Position numbers and translations under genes: made by a program. 64,000 nucleotides of DNA from an uncultured Gammaproteobacteria bacterium. Its GTDB lineage: Bacteria > Patescibacteriota > Patescibacteriia > UBA1558 > GWA2-36-10. Under the pieces are notes generated by a model. The model was not told where the DNA came from and did no database searches. It saw nothing but the letters and a program-made list of their open reading frames with translations. Positions 15,908 through 25,574 of this stretch are shown here, piece after piece (positions within the stretch are counted from its first letter, which is position 1; each line of letters begins with the position of its first letter). Where the stretch lies: assembly GCA_964633905.1 (NCBI GenBank), contig CAZWIT010000005.1:26610-90609 (forward strand). The letters run 5' to 3'.

Positions 15908-18409
15908 TTATTTTTTATTATTCCTTAAAAATTGCCAAGCTAAAATTATCACAATAATCAAAACAAAATATAATAAAACCCTCCTGCTTGCCAAGCGCCT
16001 ACTAAAAGATTCACTAATTACATTAGTACTAGTACTAAAATTACTATCTATTTTTTCTCCTAAAACTGTTTGTGATAATTTTAAATCTTGTGCTCTTAAA
16101 ACATTTAATTTAAATTGTTCGTCTACTAAACCTAAAACTCCACTAGCAATAATTTCCGTATCTTTTTTTAAATTTAAATCTTTAGTAGAAAAGTTCAAAC
16201 TTGCTCGTAATTTAATCTCGCCACCTTTTTCTTCTGCCAAATAAATATTGGTGCCTGACTTCTTTACTATCCAGGCATGCAAACTCAAATAAGCACCCAA
16301 ATCACTTTCTGAAAAATCACTAAGCTCTATTGTTTCTGGAGCAATCAAATCCAAACTATTACCAATTGACTGCAAGTCATTTTTATTTTTTATTTTGATT
16401 CTTAAAGGTTGATATTTATTATTTACTTGACCACTGACCCCAACTAAATCGCCAGCTAAAATTTGCGGCCAGTCTTTTTTACTATTATAAACTTCAATAA
16501 CATTTTCATAGTCTGGACTATTATCATTTAAAGGAGCAAAAAACAAACTGCGACTACTCGTGCTGCTTGGATTCAAAGCTAAACCGCTAAAACTAACCAG
16601 TTGTTTATCTTGCCAATTATCTCTAGCTATTATTATTTCCGAAACATCGGCTACTTGTAAATTAGGAGCTTGGGGACTCGGATTCTTAGTCAAAAACCAT
16701 TCTTGATTAGTTAAATCCCAAGCTTGACTCTCACCCTCTTTAGCTTGCTGATATTCAACTTTTTGCCAAACTTCACCCAAAGGAGTAATTAAACGCACAG
16801 CATCGGCCTGATTGTTTAAAGCTAATTTGCTTTCTTGTCTAGAAATTAACAAAAACTCTCCGGCAGCAATACTAGAACTGGCATTAAATAAATATGGCTT
16901 ACTGCCGCCCTCATCATCGTCTAGTTGCCAAGCACTTAAATTAATATTTTTAGCACTGGCATTATAGAGTTCAACCCATTCACCTTCATCACTACCCTCT
17001 GGATCTGGTAAAAATTCGCTAATCAATAAGTCGCCAGGCTGAAAATCAATTTTAGCAATATCTTGCAATTTTATTTCTGGGTCCAAACTCTGAATATCTA
17101 ATAAGCTGGTTGCTTCACTTGATAAGCCACTTGGATCTGTCACCCGCAGACGCAACAAGTATTTTCCCGCACTAGCATAAGTATGATTTTCCTTTTTTTC
17201 ATCAGCCGATAAGTCATCACCAAAGTCCCAAAAATATTTTAAAGCCCCTTCTTCAGGATCAGATGATTCTTCGGCTGATAAAATTATCTTCTGACCAGCT
17301 ATCAAATCTTTACTTAAAACTGAAATTTTTGCCTGCGGAGCTAGATTAGCTTCAATAATATTGGTAGCACCTGGGCTCAAACTACTAGTCCAAACAAAGT
17401 CATTGTTTAGTCTGGCATAACTTTTATTTTCTGGAGCGTTATCTAGATAAGAAATACTTTCTATTAAATTATTATTGGGATCATAAAATTTCACACTGTC
17501 TCCACCCGTATTATTTAAAGAAATGCCAGTTAAACTTTTAGCTAAAACTAAATACGCATTAGGAGCTATATTAAAATTACCTTCTTCTGGAATAGTAAAA
17601 ATCCTAGCTGAATTATCTTGTAATTTACAAGCCGCCAAATCAATACTGGTATTGCCAGAATTAAAAAGTTCAATCCACTCTCCCTCATCGCTGCCACTAG
17701 GATTAGGTAGAAATTCTGAAATTTTAACTTGGCCCCAATTATTACTAAGACCGCCTGAGCCTGGCTGAGACGGTGGATTGTCTTCATTGTTTTCTGGAGG
17801 ATCATCATCGTCGCCTGGTGGGTTATCATCAGGCGGCGTATCAGATGCTTGACTATTTATTTGACCAGGAGTGCCACCACTAATATTACTAACTTGCCAA
17901 TTTGATTGACTACTGTCTTGATTTAAAATAATTTTTTCTAAACTATTACCGTCACCAGCCGCTCCCCAAGTAGCTTCATAGCTAGCATTAATATTTTGAC
18001 TTTGCCCACCATCAAAACTAAGCGCAATTGTGCTACTACTATTTGGTAAATTCATTACCGTGTCAAAAACAGTAGCCGTAAAACCAGGGTGGTTAGTTAA
18101 AAATTGGTTAGCATCACTAGCAATAATAAAATATTCTTGGCTAGCGATGGTACTAGTGCCATTAACTAAATTTAAAAGATGATTAGCGCCATCCCAAAAA
18201 CGCCAAGTCTGCCCACCGCTGCCCGTCAATACTTCTACCACCTCTGCACCACCATTATAAACCTCAATCCACTCCTGACCGCTGTCCGAACCTTGCGCAT
18301 CGTACATAATTTCCGAAATCACCAAATCATTTGTGCTAGCTAAACTTATTTTTGGTAAAAATAAATTTAACAAAAATAAAATTAAAAATATTGTCGCTTT
18401 TCTTTTCAT
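15908..18409 (-). CDS. Large secreted surface protein with three lamin-tail-domain (LTD) repeats, a PKD-like domain and a C-terminal TM anchor
   Basis: Signal peptide MKRKATIFLILFLLNLFLPKISLA. Three LTD cores: LVISEIMYDAQGSDSGQEWIEVYN, VKISEFLPNPSGSDEGEWIELFN and LLISEFLPDPEGSDEGEWVELYN. PKD-like KYFWDFGDD...GKYLLRLRVTD. A Pro/Asp-rich linker, and a C-terminal hydrophobic segment plus basic tail. Confidence 0.65.
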   Translation of the reverse strand: MKRKATIFLILFLLNLFLPKISLASTNDLVISEIMYDAQGSDSGQEWIEVYNGGAEVVEVLTGSGGQTWRFWDGANHLLNLVNGTSTIASQEYFIIASDANQFLTNHPGFTATVFDTVMNLPNSSSTIALSFDGGQSQNINASYEATWGAAGDGNSLEKIILNQDSSQSNWQVSNISGGTPGQINSQASDTPPDDNPPGDDDDPPENNEDNPPSQPGSGGLSNNWGQVKISEFLPNPSGSDEGEWIELFNSGNTSIDLAACKLQDNSARIFTIPEEGNFNIAPNAYLVLAKSLTGISLNNTGGDSVKFYDPNNNLIESISYLDNAPENKSYARLNNDFVWTSSLSPGATNIIEANLAPQAKISVLSKDLIAGQKIILSAEESSDPEEGALKYFWDFGDDLSADEKKENHTYASAGKYLLRLRVTDPSGLSSEATSLLDIQSLDPEIKLQDIAKIDFQPGDLLISEFLPDPEGSDEGEWVELYNASAKNINLSAWQLDDDEGGSKPYLFNASSSIAAGEFLLISRQESKLALNNQADAVRLITPLGEVWQKVEYQQAKEGESQAWDLTNQEWFLTKNPSPQAPNLQVADVSEIIIARDNWQDKQLVSFSGLALNPSSTSSRSLFFAPLNDNSPDYENVIEVYNSKKDWPQILAGDLVGVSGQVNNKYQPLRIKIKNKNDLQSIGNSLDLIAPETIELSDFSESDLGAYLSLHAWIVKKSGTNIYLAEEKGGEIKLRASLNFSTKDLNLKKDTEIIASGVLGLVDEQFKLNVLRAQDLKLSQTVLGEKIDSNFSTSTNVISESFSRRLASRRVLLYFVLIIVIILAWQFLRNNKK

Positions 18410-18495
18410 ATTTTTAGCTTAGGCAAGGCCACCGGACACAGGCAAACCAGCGACCTTAGCCCAAGATAAAAATTATCTAGTTCGAACTATGTTAA

Positions 18496-18906
18496 TTAAT
18501 TATCTTCTTCAATCTGAATCTCCTCCACATCAATTTCTTCTTTGGCAGTTTCGTCACCTTTTACATCTTTTTTGTGACTACCGCCCAACATAATTAAATC
18601 TGAAGCAACTACCTCGGTGATGTAGCGAGTATTTTTATTTTTGTCTTGATAAGAACGATTTTGTAAACGACCCTCCAAAAATACTTTGGAGCCTTTCTTT
18701 AAATAGCTACTAATAATCTCTGCCAAATGACCCCAGGCCACTACTTTATGAAAATCCGCTCGGCTCTTTTTTTCTTTAGTGCGTACATCCTTCCAATTAT
18801 AATTGGTAGCTAGGGTAAATAAAGCTACGCTTTGACCAGAAGCTAGAGATTTGTTAACTGGATCACCCGTCAAATTGCCAATTAAACTTACTTTGTTTAA
18901 ATCCAT
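18496..18906 (-). CDS. ssb: Single-stranded DNA-binding protein
   Basis: OB-fold N-terminal region (MDLNKVSLIGNLTGDP...FTLATN...W...VVAWG) and an acidic C-terminal tail EEIDVEEIQIEEDN. Confidence 0.85.
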   Translation of the reverse strand: MDLNKVSLIGNLTGDPVNKSLASGQSVALFTLATNYNWKDVRTKEKKSRADFHKVVAWGHLAEIISSYLKKGSKVFLEGRLQNRSYQDKNKNTRYITEVVASDLIMLGGSHKKDVKGDETAKEEIDVEEIQIEEDN

Positions 18907-19001
18907 ATCGCTTTCCTTTCTTTTACTTTAATCAAAAAGTAAAAATAATTAATTAATGCCTGTTTTGCCAATAAAATTAAGCTTTCTACTTTAATTTAAG
19001 A

Positions 19002-19124
19002 TTGACAAATTTGATTATTTATTTTAATATAGGCAATGAGGCTTAGCATTCCGTAAGGAATAGTTATCCTCAAAATCGCTTTTCTTAGTAAGAGCCCTGC
19101 GCAAGCGGGGTTCTTGCTTTTTTA
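19002..19124 (+). ncRNA. Candidate small RNA with its own promoter and intrinsic terminator (about 88 nt transcript)
   Basis: -35 TTGACA (19002-19007), 17-nt spacer, -10 TAATAT (19025-19030). The predicted transcript contains a GAGG...GUAA...CCUC hairpin. It ends with the hairpin AAGAGCCC-loop-GGGTTCTT followed by GCTTTTTT (about 19089-19124). There is no ORF longer than 6 codons and no plus-strand gene nearby. Confidence 0.35.
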
Positions 19125-19341
19125 TATAAAAAAACAAATAATCGTCAAAATTATTTTGCAAATTTCTATTATAAAATTTTGCCTGCTTGATTTGAGTAAT
19201 CAAGTTTTTCATAATCGCTTTTCTTAAGCCGTCGGCTAAAAATTAGCCGTCTCGATTATGCTCATAATCTTAAATAATATTTTTTAGCTTGTCAAGAAAA
19301 ATAAAAACGCCTCTCCAACTTTTAGATGAAGAGGCGCAATA

Positions 19342-20400
19342 TTAATTTGTAGCCATCAACTTGGCCAAAGCTTCTGCCAATACCTTAGACATATCAACAT
19401 TGCGAATCAAGCCACCGGTAGTATTACGGTAAGAGCGGTAAATAGTATTGCCAGCCAAAATCATTTTAAAAGGGCTATCTTCGGGTTCAGCTACTTCTTC
19501 GCGCCAACCCGGTGAACAACAAGTGTGAGTTACAGCAAAAATAACTTGCTCAGCACCAAGCAACAAACACCAGCGCGCATTGCCAGCCGCTGTCCGACCA
19601 GTGTCAAGCTCATCATCGCGAATAATTACTGCTGACCCTAGTAACGCTTTTTCATAATCCTGCCAGATAATAGGAATACCGCTATCTGTTTGCAGTTGCT
19701 CAAGCAAGCGCAAAGTATCAGCTGTAAGCTCGACATTGATATTAATCTGCCCATTAGCCAGACGCTCTTTGGGTCTAAATAATACTGGAACAGATAGGGC
19801 CTTAGCTAGTTTTACGGCTCTTTCCAAAGATCCTTTGTCCGGAGAAAACACATAACATTGTTTATTGTTAGCCTTAATTTCTTCCATAAAATCAAGCAGA
19901 GAAGCAGCAAAAGCTGAAGTCGGATCAACATTAGTCATATTAAGACCTGCTTCCAAACCATTAATAATTGTTTGCTGCGAATGACAATCGCAAACAATCA
20001 AGCTATCAACGCCATTTTGTTTTAGGCTATGCAAAAACCAACGATTACGTTGAATCTCCTTAGGTTTTTCAGCGTGATCTTGGCGCCGATAAGCCATAAA
20101 AGGCATAACCACTGTTAGAGTTTTAGCCATATATTGGTGTTTGATGGCCCAAATAAGCTGGAGACCTTGCAAAACCAGGGAGCCACTGTGGCTAGCCATA
20201 AAAAATACTACGTGCTTGCCGGCAACATCAACAAACTTGGGAATTTTATCGTTAAATTCGCCATCACGCCAATTGGAATAATTAATGTGTGACAGCTTCA
20301 AATCGGGGTCATTCGGCCTAAGAGCATTTAAACGATCAATAATCCTAACTGCCAGATTATGCATCTCGCCTTCGCTGCAAAGCAAGACAAAGCCGGGCAT
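19342..20400 (-). CDS. prs: Ribose-phosphate pyrophosphokinase (PRPP synthetase)-family protein
   Basis: LTVVMPFMAYRRQDH resembles the PRPP synthetase flexible loop (PYFGYARQDRK). The C-terminal PRPP-binding motif is VIIRDDELDTGRT. GC is elevated (about 45%) relative to neighbouring genes. Confidence 0.65.
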   Translation of the reverse strand: MPGFVLLCSEGEMHNLAVRIIDRLNALRPNDPDLKLSHINYSNWRDGEFNDKIPKFVDVAGKHVVFFMASHSGSLVLQGLQLIWAIKHQYMAKTLTVVMPFMAYRRQDHAEKPKEIQRNRWFLHSLKQNGVDSLIVCDCHSQQTIINGLEAGLNMTNVDPTSAFAASLLDFMEEIKANNKQCYVFSPDKGSLERAVKLAKALSVPVLFRPKERLANGQININVELTADTLRLLEQLQTDSGIPIIWQDYEKALLGSAVIIRDDELDTGRTAAGNARWCLLLGAEQVIFAVTHTCCSPGWREEVAEPEDSPFKMILAGNTIYRSYRNTTGGLIRNVDMSKVLAEALAKLMATN

Positions 20401-20519
20401 GAAACACTCTCCTGGTTGAGGGTAAAAGCATGTGAAGGTACTAGAATTTGCCTTAATCTAAAAACATATTACTTACTTTGTCAAACTAAAAATAGCGCCT
20501 AAATTTAGGCGCTATTTTG

Positions 20520-22292
20520 TCAAGCTATAAATCCTCCTACTTGTTTAGACCACAAGCGTTTATAAAAACCATCTTTCTTTTTTAATAACTCTTGGTGACT
20601 ACCCGTTTCAATAATTCTACCCTGATCAATAACTACAATTCTATCCATCTTCATAATTGTTGATAAACGATGAGCAATAACAATTACAGTTTTGTCTTGC
20701 ATTAAATTAGCAAGTGCTTTTTGGATTAATTCTTCTGACTGCGAATCAAGACTTGAAGTAGCTTCATCTAAAACTAAGATTGGCGCATTCTTAATAATTG
20801 CCCGAGCAATTGCTACTCGTTGTCTTTCACCACCAGAAAGTCTAACACCCCTTTCTCCTACAAAAGTTTCGTAAGCCTCGGTAAACCCTTTAATAAAATC
20901 ATGAGCATGCGCAAGTTTAGCCGCCTTAATTACCTCTCCTTCACTTGCTCCCCACAAGCCATAGGCAATATTTTCACTTAAGGTACGATGAAATAATACT
21001 GGATCTTGATTTACTAAAGCAATATTTTCCCACAAGCTTTCCTGACTAACATTACTAATATTTTGTCCGTCGAGCAATATCTGTCCTTTGGTCAAATCAT
21101 GTTGGCGCAATAAAATACTAGCAATGGTTGATTTACCACCACCCGACGGACCAACAATGGCTACTTTTTCTTTAGGCTTGATGCTTAAATTAAAATCTTT
21201 AATAACTTTTCTAGTTTGATTATAACTAAAACTAACATTATTAAATTCAATTTTACCAGCTGATATCTGCAAACGTTTAGCTTTTGGCAAATCAATAATT
21301 TCATGAGGAGTTTCTAAGGCCTCGGTCATTTCTTGAGCATCAGCCATGGCTTCATAATAATATCTAATAATGCGACCAAAGTCCCACAGACGATCAAACA
21401 TATTAATTAAATAAGTTTGAATCAAAACAAAGTCACCAATAGTAATTAAACCAGCTTGCCATAATTTTATTGCATAAAACATCAAGCCGATTTCTAAACC
21501 GGTCATCATCAAAGTCTGCACACCATCAAAAATATTGGTTAGATTCCAAGAAAATTGACGAATAGCTTGTAGCTGAGAAGTAATTTTACGAAAAGCATTA
21601 TTTTCTCTGGTGTAACCGTTAAATAATTTAATATTCAGTTGGTTAGTAATTGTATCAGCCAATACTCCACTTACCTTGGAATCTAGTTCACTCCGCTTTA
21701 CATCGTATTTTAATTTATAACGGCTAAAGAAAAAATTAATTACACAAAATAATATTACCCAAACTAAAACTGCCAGACCTACCCAGACTTGGCGTTGCAT
21801 CAATACATAAACTATTAAAGATACACTAACTATACTCGGAATTAAACTCCAGATAAAAACCTCCATAACAGCGCCAAAGGAGTAAACAAAACGATTCACC
21901 TTTTTGACTAGTGAACCGGCAAAGTTATTATTAAAAAACGAAACTGAATGTTTATGTAAATAAGCAAAGCAAGAATTGAACAAATCAGCCATTACTCGTG
22001 TCTGAAAATAACTAGAAGTAAAGCTTAATACTCGCCAACAGGACCAGGTAAATAATTTAATCCCTAAAATAATAATCAACACTTCTGTAAATTGCCCCAA
22101 GCTAGCAGCTGAACCAGTTGTAGTAAGTAAATCAAAAAACTTTTTATAATAAATCGGGCTCAAGACATTGCCGGCTGAAGCTAAAATTACAAAAATAAAA
22201 ATAACAAAAAAAGCTACACGGTATTTTAATACGTGCTTAAAATAATAAGCAAAAGTTTGCTTAGTAAGGTTTTTCTTATTTGTTTTATTCAT
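20520..22292 (-). CDS. ABC transporter, fused permease/ATP-binding exporter (MsbA-like)
   Basis: Six-TM N-terminal domain followed by Walker A GPSGGGKST, the signature LSGGERQRVAIARA, and Walker B ILVLDEATS. Confidence 0.85.
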   Translation of the reverse strand: MNKTNKKNLTKQTFAYYFKHVLKYRVAFFVIFIFVILASAGNVLSPIYYKKFFDLLTTTGSAASLGQFTEVLIIILGIKLFTWSCWRVLSFTSSYFQTRVMADLFNSCFAYLHKHSVSFFNNNFAGSLVKKVNRFVYSFGAVMEVFIWSLIPSIVSVSLIVYVLMQRQVWVGLAVLVWVILFCVINFFFSRYKLKYDVKRSELDSKVSGVLADTITNQLNIKLFNGYTRENNAFRKITSQLQAIRQFSWNLTNIFDGVQTLMMTGLEIGLMFYAIKLWQAGLITIGDFVLIQTYLINMFDRLWDFGRIIRYYYEAMADAQEMTEALETPHEIIDLPKAKRLQISAGKIEFNNVSFSYNQTRKVIKDFNLSIKPKEKVAIVGPSGGGKSTIASILLRQHDLTKGQILLDGQNISNVSQESLWENIALVNQDPVLFHRTLSENIAYGLWGASEGEVIKAAKLAHAHDFIKGFTEAYETFVGERGVRLSGGERQRVAIARAIIKNAPILVLDEATSSLDSQSEELIQKALANLMQDKTVIVIAHRLSTIMKMDRIVVIDQGRIIETGSHQELLKKKDGFYKRLWSKQVGGFIA

Positions 22293-22415
22293 AAATACTA
22301 AGACGTTTTAACTAGTCTTATATTACAACTATTTTAGATTATTGACTACCTGTTAAAAAATTGCTAGATTTTTTAGGTTGTTTCCGTTATTTACCAAAAA
22401 CGCCAAGGAGCAGCC

Positions 22416-22607
22416 GTGCGCGAACAAAATCAAAGCACTTTGTCTGATATTTGTGACTGCGACTGCCATGAATATGGACATTTAAAACATTGTGAATGTT
22501 GTCTAATATGCCCTTATTGTCAACAAAAAATTAAACACTACTTTTACGAAGACCACATTAATAATAATTGCCCCATAAAAAGCATCCCCATCCAAAGACT
22601 AGAGTAG
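22416..22607 (+). CDS. Small Cys/His-rich putative metal-binding protein (63 aa)
   Basis: GTG start with AAGGAG 7 nt upstream. The sequence CDCDCHEYGHLKHCECCLICPYCQQ...C has 11 Cys and 5 His. It is followed by a terminator hairpin at 22633-22665. Confidence 0.45.
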   Translation: MREQNQSTLSDICDCDCHEYGHLKHCECCLICPYCQQKIKHYFYEDHINNNCPIKSIPIQRLE

Positions 22608-22632
22608 CTAAAATAAACTTGGCCAAAATAAA

Positions 22633-22665
22633 TAGCCCTGAACCATGCGGCACAGGGCTATTTTT
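22633..22665. terminator. Bidirectional intrinsic terminator between the Cys-rich ORF and gdh
   Basis: TAGCCCTG-loop-CAGGGCTA hairpin flanked by an A-run upstream and a T-run downstream. Confidence 0.5.
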
Positions 22666-22680
22666 AATTTTATTTAAAGA

Positions 22681-23910
22681 TTAAAGTTGAGTTTTGATAG
22701 CAGCGGCTAGTCTTTCAATAGCAGTTATAAAAGCTGCCTTGCGTAAATCAATTTTATATTTTTCGCTATTAGCATAAACACCCCCCCAAGCTGTCATCAT
22801 TTTTTCTTTTAGCTGAGTAGCCACCTCTTCAGCCGTCCAATAATTATTACTCAAATTTTGTAACCATTCAAAATAAGAAACAGTTACGCCCCCAGCGTTA
22901 GCTAAGACATCAGGGATCAGTAAAATATTTTTATCGTGTAAAATCTCATCTGCCTCTGGCAAAGTTGGACCATTCGCAAGCTCTAAAACAATTTTAGCTT
23001 TTATTTCTTTAGCAATCTCTGCATTAATTTGATTTTCTAAAGCTGCTGGAATAATAATATCAACCGGTAAAGCAAAAAATTCTTCTTTACTTAGTTTCTT
23101 AGGCCCAACAAAATTATCTAAATTGCCACCAGCTTGTTTATGTTTTTTGACTTCTTCTAAATCTAAACCTTTAGCATCATAAACAGCGGCCGATGAGTCA
23201 GCGATAGCTACCACCTTATAGCCATTAGCCTTTAGTAAATCGGCCATTACGCTACCAGCATTACCAAAACCCTGAATAGCAACATTTAAATTTTTAGCTT
23301 TTAATTTCAAACCTTCAACAGCTGCTTCTAAAACGTAAAAACCACCTTGAGCTGTAGCTGTACCTCTACCTAGGGAACCTCCTAGCTCTACGGGCTTACC
23401 AGTAACTACGCCCGGACTTTTTTCACCAACTAATTTTGAATATTCATCAGCAATCCAAGCCATAATTTCTGGTGTTGTATAAACATCAGGAGCAGGAATA
23501 TCTTTTTTTGGTCCAATTACATCGCGAAAGGCCCTTACCCAAGCGCGTGACAATTGCTCTAATTCATTTTTAGACAAACTTTTAGTATCAACAATAATAC
23601 CACCCTTACCACCGCCCATAGGAATATCAACCACCGCACATTTGATAGCCATCCAAAAAGCTAAAGCTTTAACTTCGGATAAATCAACTTGCGGATGAAA
23701 ACGTAAACCACCTTTGTAAGGACCGCGGCTACTATTATATTGTACACGATAAGCTTGAAACAACTGCCAAGAGCCATCATCGCGCCTTAAAGGTAAACTA
23801 GCATCGACTACCCTTTCTGGTTCTGACAAACGAAGCAATACCTCTTTGTCTAATTTCATTATTTGAGCAGCCTTTTCTAGCTGCCTTAAAGCATTATCAA
23901 AAGCATTCAT
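22681..23910 (-). CDS. gdh: Glutamate dehydrogenase (Glu/Leu/Phe/Val dehydrogenase family)
   Basis: Catalytic-region motif around K (GGGKGG) and an NAD(P)-binding GFGNAGS Rossmann motif; 409 aa. Confidence 0.85.
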   Translation of the reverse strand: MNAFDNALRQLEKAAQIMKLDKEVLLRLSEPERVVDASLPLRRDDGSWQLFQAYRVQYNSSRGPYKGGLRFHPQVDLSEVKALAFWMAIKCAVVDIPMGGGKGGIIVDTKSLSKNELEQLSRAWVRAFRDVIGPKKDIPAPDVYTTPEIMAWIADEYSKLVGEKSPGVVTGKPVELGGSLGRGTATAQGGFYVLEAAVEGLKLKAKNLNVAIQGFGNAGSVMADLLKANGYKVVAIADSSAAVYDAKGLDLEEVKKHKQAGGNLDNFVGPKKLSKEEFFALPVDIIIPAALENQINAEIAKEIKAKIVLELANGPTLPEADEILHDKNILLIPDVLANAGGVTVSYFEWLQNLSNNYWTAEEVATQLKEKMMTAWGGVYANSEKYKIDLRKAAFITAIERLAAAIKTQL

Positions 23911-23930
23911 ATTTTTTTGTTTAATATTTA

Positions 23931-24878
23931 TTATTTACCCCAATCCTGACCAACAAGTTTACCACCCTGTAAATATTTACAGGCCTGCAGAGCAGCCTTG
24001 GCTCCTTCGCCAGCAGATATTACTACTTGTTTATAAGTAATTTGAGTTAGATCGCCAGCAGCAAAAACACCAGCAGCACTAGTCTCATTATCAGCCGAGA
24101 CTAATACTTCATTGGCTGAATTTAAATTAAGTAAATCTTTTAACCAAGCTGTTTTAGCCAAGTGCCCAATCTCTACAAAGATACCGTCCACTGCTAATAT
24201 TTGTTCTTGTTGATTAGCATCAAAATAAACCATGGCCTCTACCTTGTTCTGCCCCTTTATTTCTTTACTAATTCCATTAAAGATAACTTTAATATTATCT
24301 GTGTGCAAAACCTGATCAATCAAAACTTGTTCGCCCCTAAACTGATCGCCGCGCACCAAAACATAAACTTGCTTAGCAATTTTACTTAAATATTCAGCAG
24401 CATCCAAAGCCGCATTGCCACCGCCAACCACCACCACATTTTTGCCTTTATATAAAGGGCCATCGCAGGTAGCACAGTAAGCAACTCCCTTACCGGTTAA
24501 TTCTTTTTCACCAGGCACATCTAAATTTCTAGGTGTTAAGCCAAAGGCTAAGATGACAGCTCGTGCATTGATCTGTTGACCATCAACAGTTTTAACTAGA
24601 AAATTATTTTCAACTTTTTCAATCTTGTCTACTTCACTAAAAATAAAATTTGCACCAAAACTCTCTGCCTGCTCTTTCATTTTTTGGGCAAGCTCTGGAC
24701 CAGAAATTTTTTCATAGCCTGGATAATTTTCAATATTTTCGGTTAAGGCCATTTGTCCACCAATGTCTTTACTAATTACCAAAGTTTTAAAAGCACGACG
24801 CACCGCATAAATAGCCGCGGCTAACCCTGCTGGACCAGCACCTACCACTACCACGTCGTAATTTAAATTGTCTGCCAT
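23931..24878 (-). CDS. trxB: Thioredoxin-disulfide reductase
   Basis: FAD motif VVVVGAGPAGLAAA, redox-active CATCDG and a second GGGNAALD dinucleotide motif. The start was chosen at MADNLNYD rather than at the upstream in-frame Met, which overlaps trxA. Confidence 0.85.
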   Translation of the reverse strand: MADNLNYDVVVVGAGPAGLAAAIYAVRRAFKTLVISKDIGGQMALTENIENYPGYEKISGPELAQKMKEQAESFGANFIFSEVDKIEKVENNFLVKTVDGQQINARAVILAFGLTPRNLDVPGEKELTGKGVAYCATCDGPLYKGKNVVVVGGGNAALDAAEYLSKIAKQVYVLVRGDQFRGEQVLIDQVLHTDNIKVIFNGISKEIKGQNKVEAMVYFDANQQEQILAVDGIFVEIGHLAKTAWLKDLLNLNSANEVLVSADNETSAAGVFAAGDLTQITYKQVVISAGEGAKAALQACKYLQGGKLVGQDWGK

Positions 24879-24882
24879 ATTT

Positions 24883-25209
24883 TTAGGCTGCAAACTTATT
24901 AATTTTTTCAAGCAAGCTAGCCTTGCCTTGCATACCAATCATTTCATCAACCACCTGACCATCTTTAAATAATTTTAAAGTAGGAATGCTCATAATTTGA
25001 AACTCTTGGGCTGTTTGTTGATTTTCATCAACATTAAGCTTGCTAATTTTTATATTTTCTTTAGCTTTTAATTCTTCTGCTAGAGCTTCAATAATAGGAC
25101 CTTGCATTTTACAAGGACCACACCAAGGTGCCCAAAAATCTACCAGGGCTACCCCCTTAAAATCTTTAATCTCTTTTGAAAAATTTTGATCAGTTAATTC
25201 TATTGCCAT
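24883..25209 (-). CDS. trxA: Thioredoxin
   Basis: WCGPC active site (WAPWCGPCK); 108 aa. Confidence 0.9.
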   Translation of the reverse strand: MAIELTDQNFSKEIKDFKGVALVDFWAPWCGPCKMQGPIIEALAEELKAKENIKISKLNVDENQQTAQEFQIMSIPTLKLFKDGQVVDEMIGMQGKASLLEKINKFAA

Positions 25210-25268
25210 AAATTTATTTTAAATTATTTATTTAATTATCTTTTAAAATTATTATTTACTTTATAAGT

Positions 25269-25532
25269 TTAGGTGTGCTGAAAAAAAGTGTCAATTAAAT
25301 CCAAAACCTCCTTGCGCTTCAACATTGTTTGTCCGCGATAACAACCATTTAACTTAGCCGCGATTAAATTTTTCGCCACCGCATCCAAAGACGCCCGCGA
25401 AGCAAAGGCTACTCTAATAATCTCTTCTACTGGCCTTTGATCAACATACATTTTTTCAATGGCCTTTACTTGGCCACTAATACGGTGCAGTTGTGCAATA
25501 ATTTTTTCTGGCTGACAAACTTGTGCTTTCAT
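25269..25532 (-). CDS. CsoR/RcnR/FrmR-family (DUF156) metal- or thiol-sensing transcriptional repressor
   Basis: The core LHRISGQVKAIEKM matches the family R(L/I)xRIEGQ(V/I)RGI signature. The protein has only two Cys (QVCQ and NGCY) and no His-x3-Cys, so it resembles the CstR/FrmR-like subset. The start is placed at MKAQV. Confidence 0.6.
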   Translation of the reverse strand: MKAQVCQPEKIIAQLHRISGQVKAIEKMYVDQRPVEEIIRVAFASRASLDAVAKNLIAAKLNGCYRGQTMLKRKEVLDLIDTFFQHT

Positions 25533-25553
25533 TTTTATAAAAATATTATTTGT

Positions 25554-25574
25554 ATATACCCCTATAGGGTATAT
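25554..25574. promoter_or_regulatory. Palindromic operator candidate (ATATACCC-N5-GGGTATAT), 22 nt upstream of the CsoR-family gene
   Basis: An 8-bp inverted repeat with a 5-bp spacer. Its GC-rich core is flanked by AT, resembling known CsoR-family operators (TACCC...GGGTA type). It overlaps the putative promoter. Confidence 0.45.

Noticed and set aside
19024-19212. 62-aa minus-strand ORF in the ssb-prs spacer
   Set aside because: The translation is low-complexity and K/N-rich, with no RBS. It overlaps the better-supported plus-strand promoter-terminator sRNA unit.
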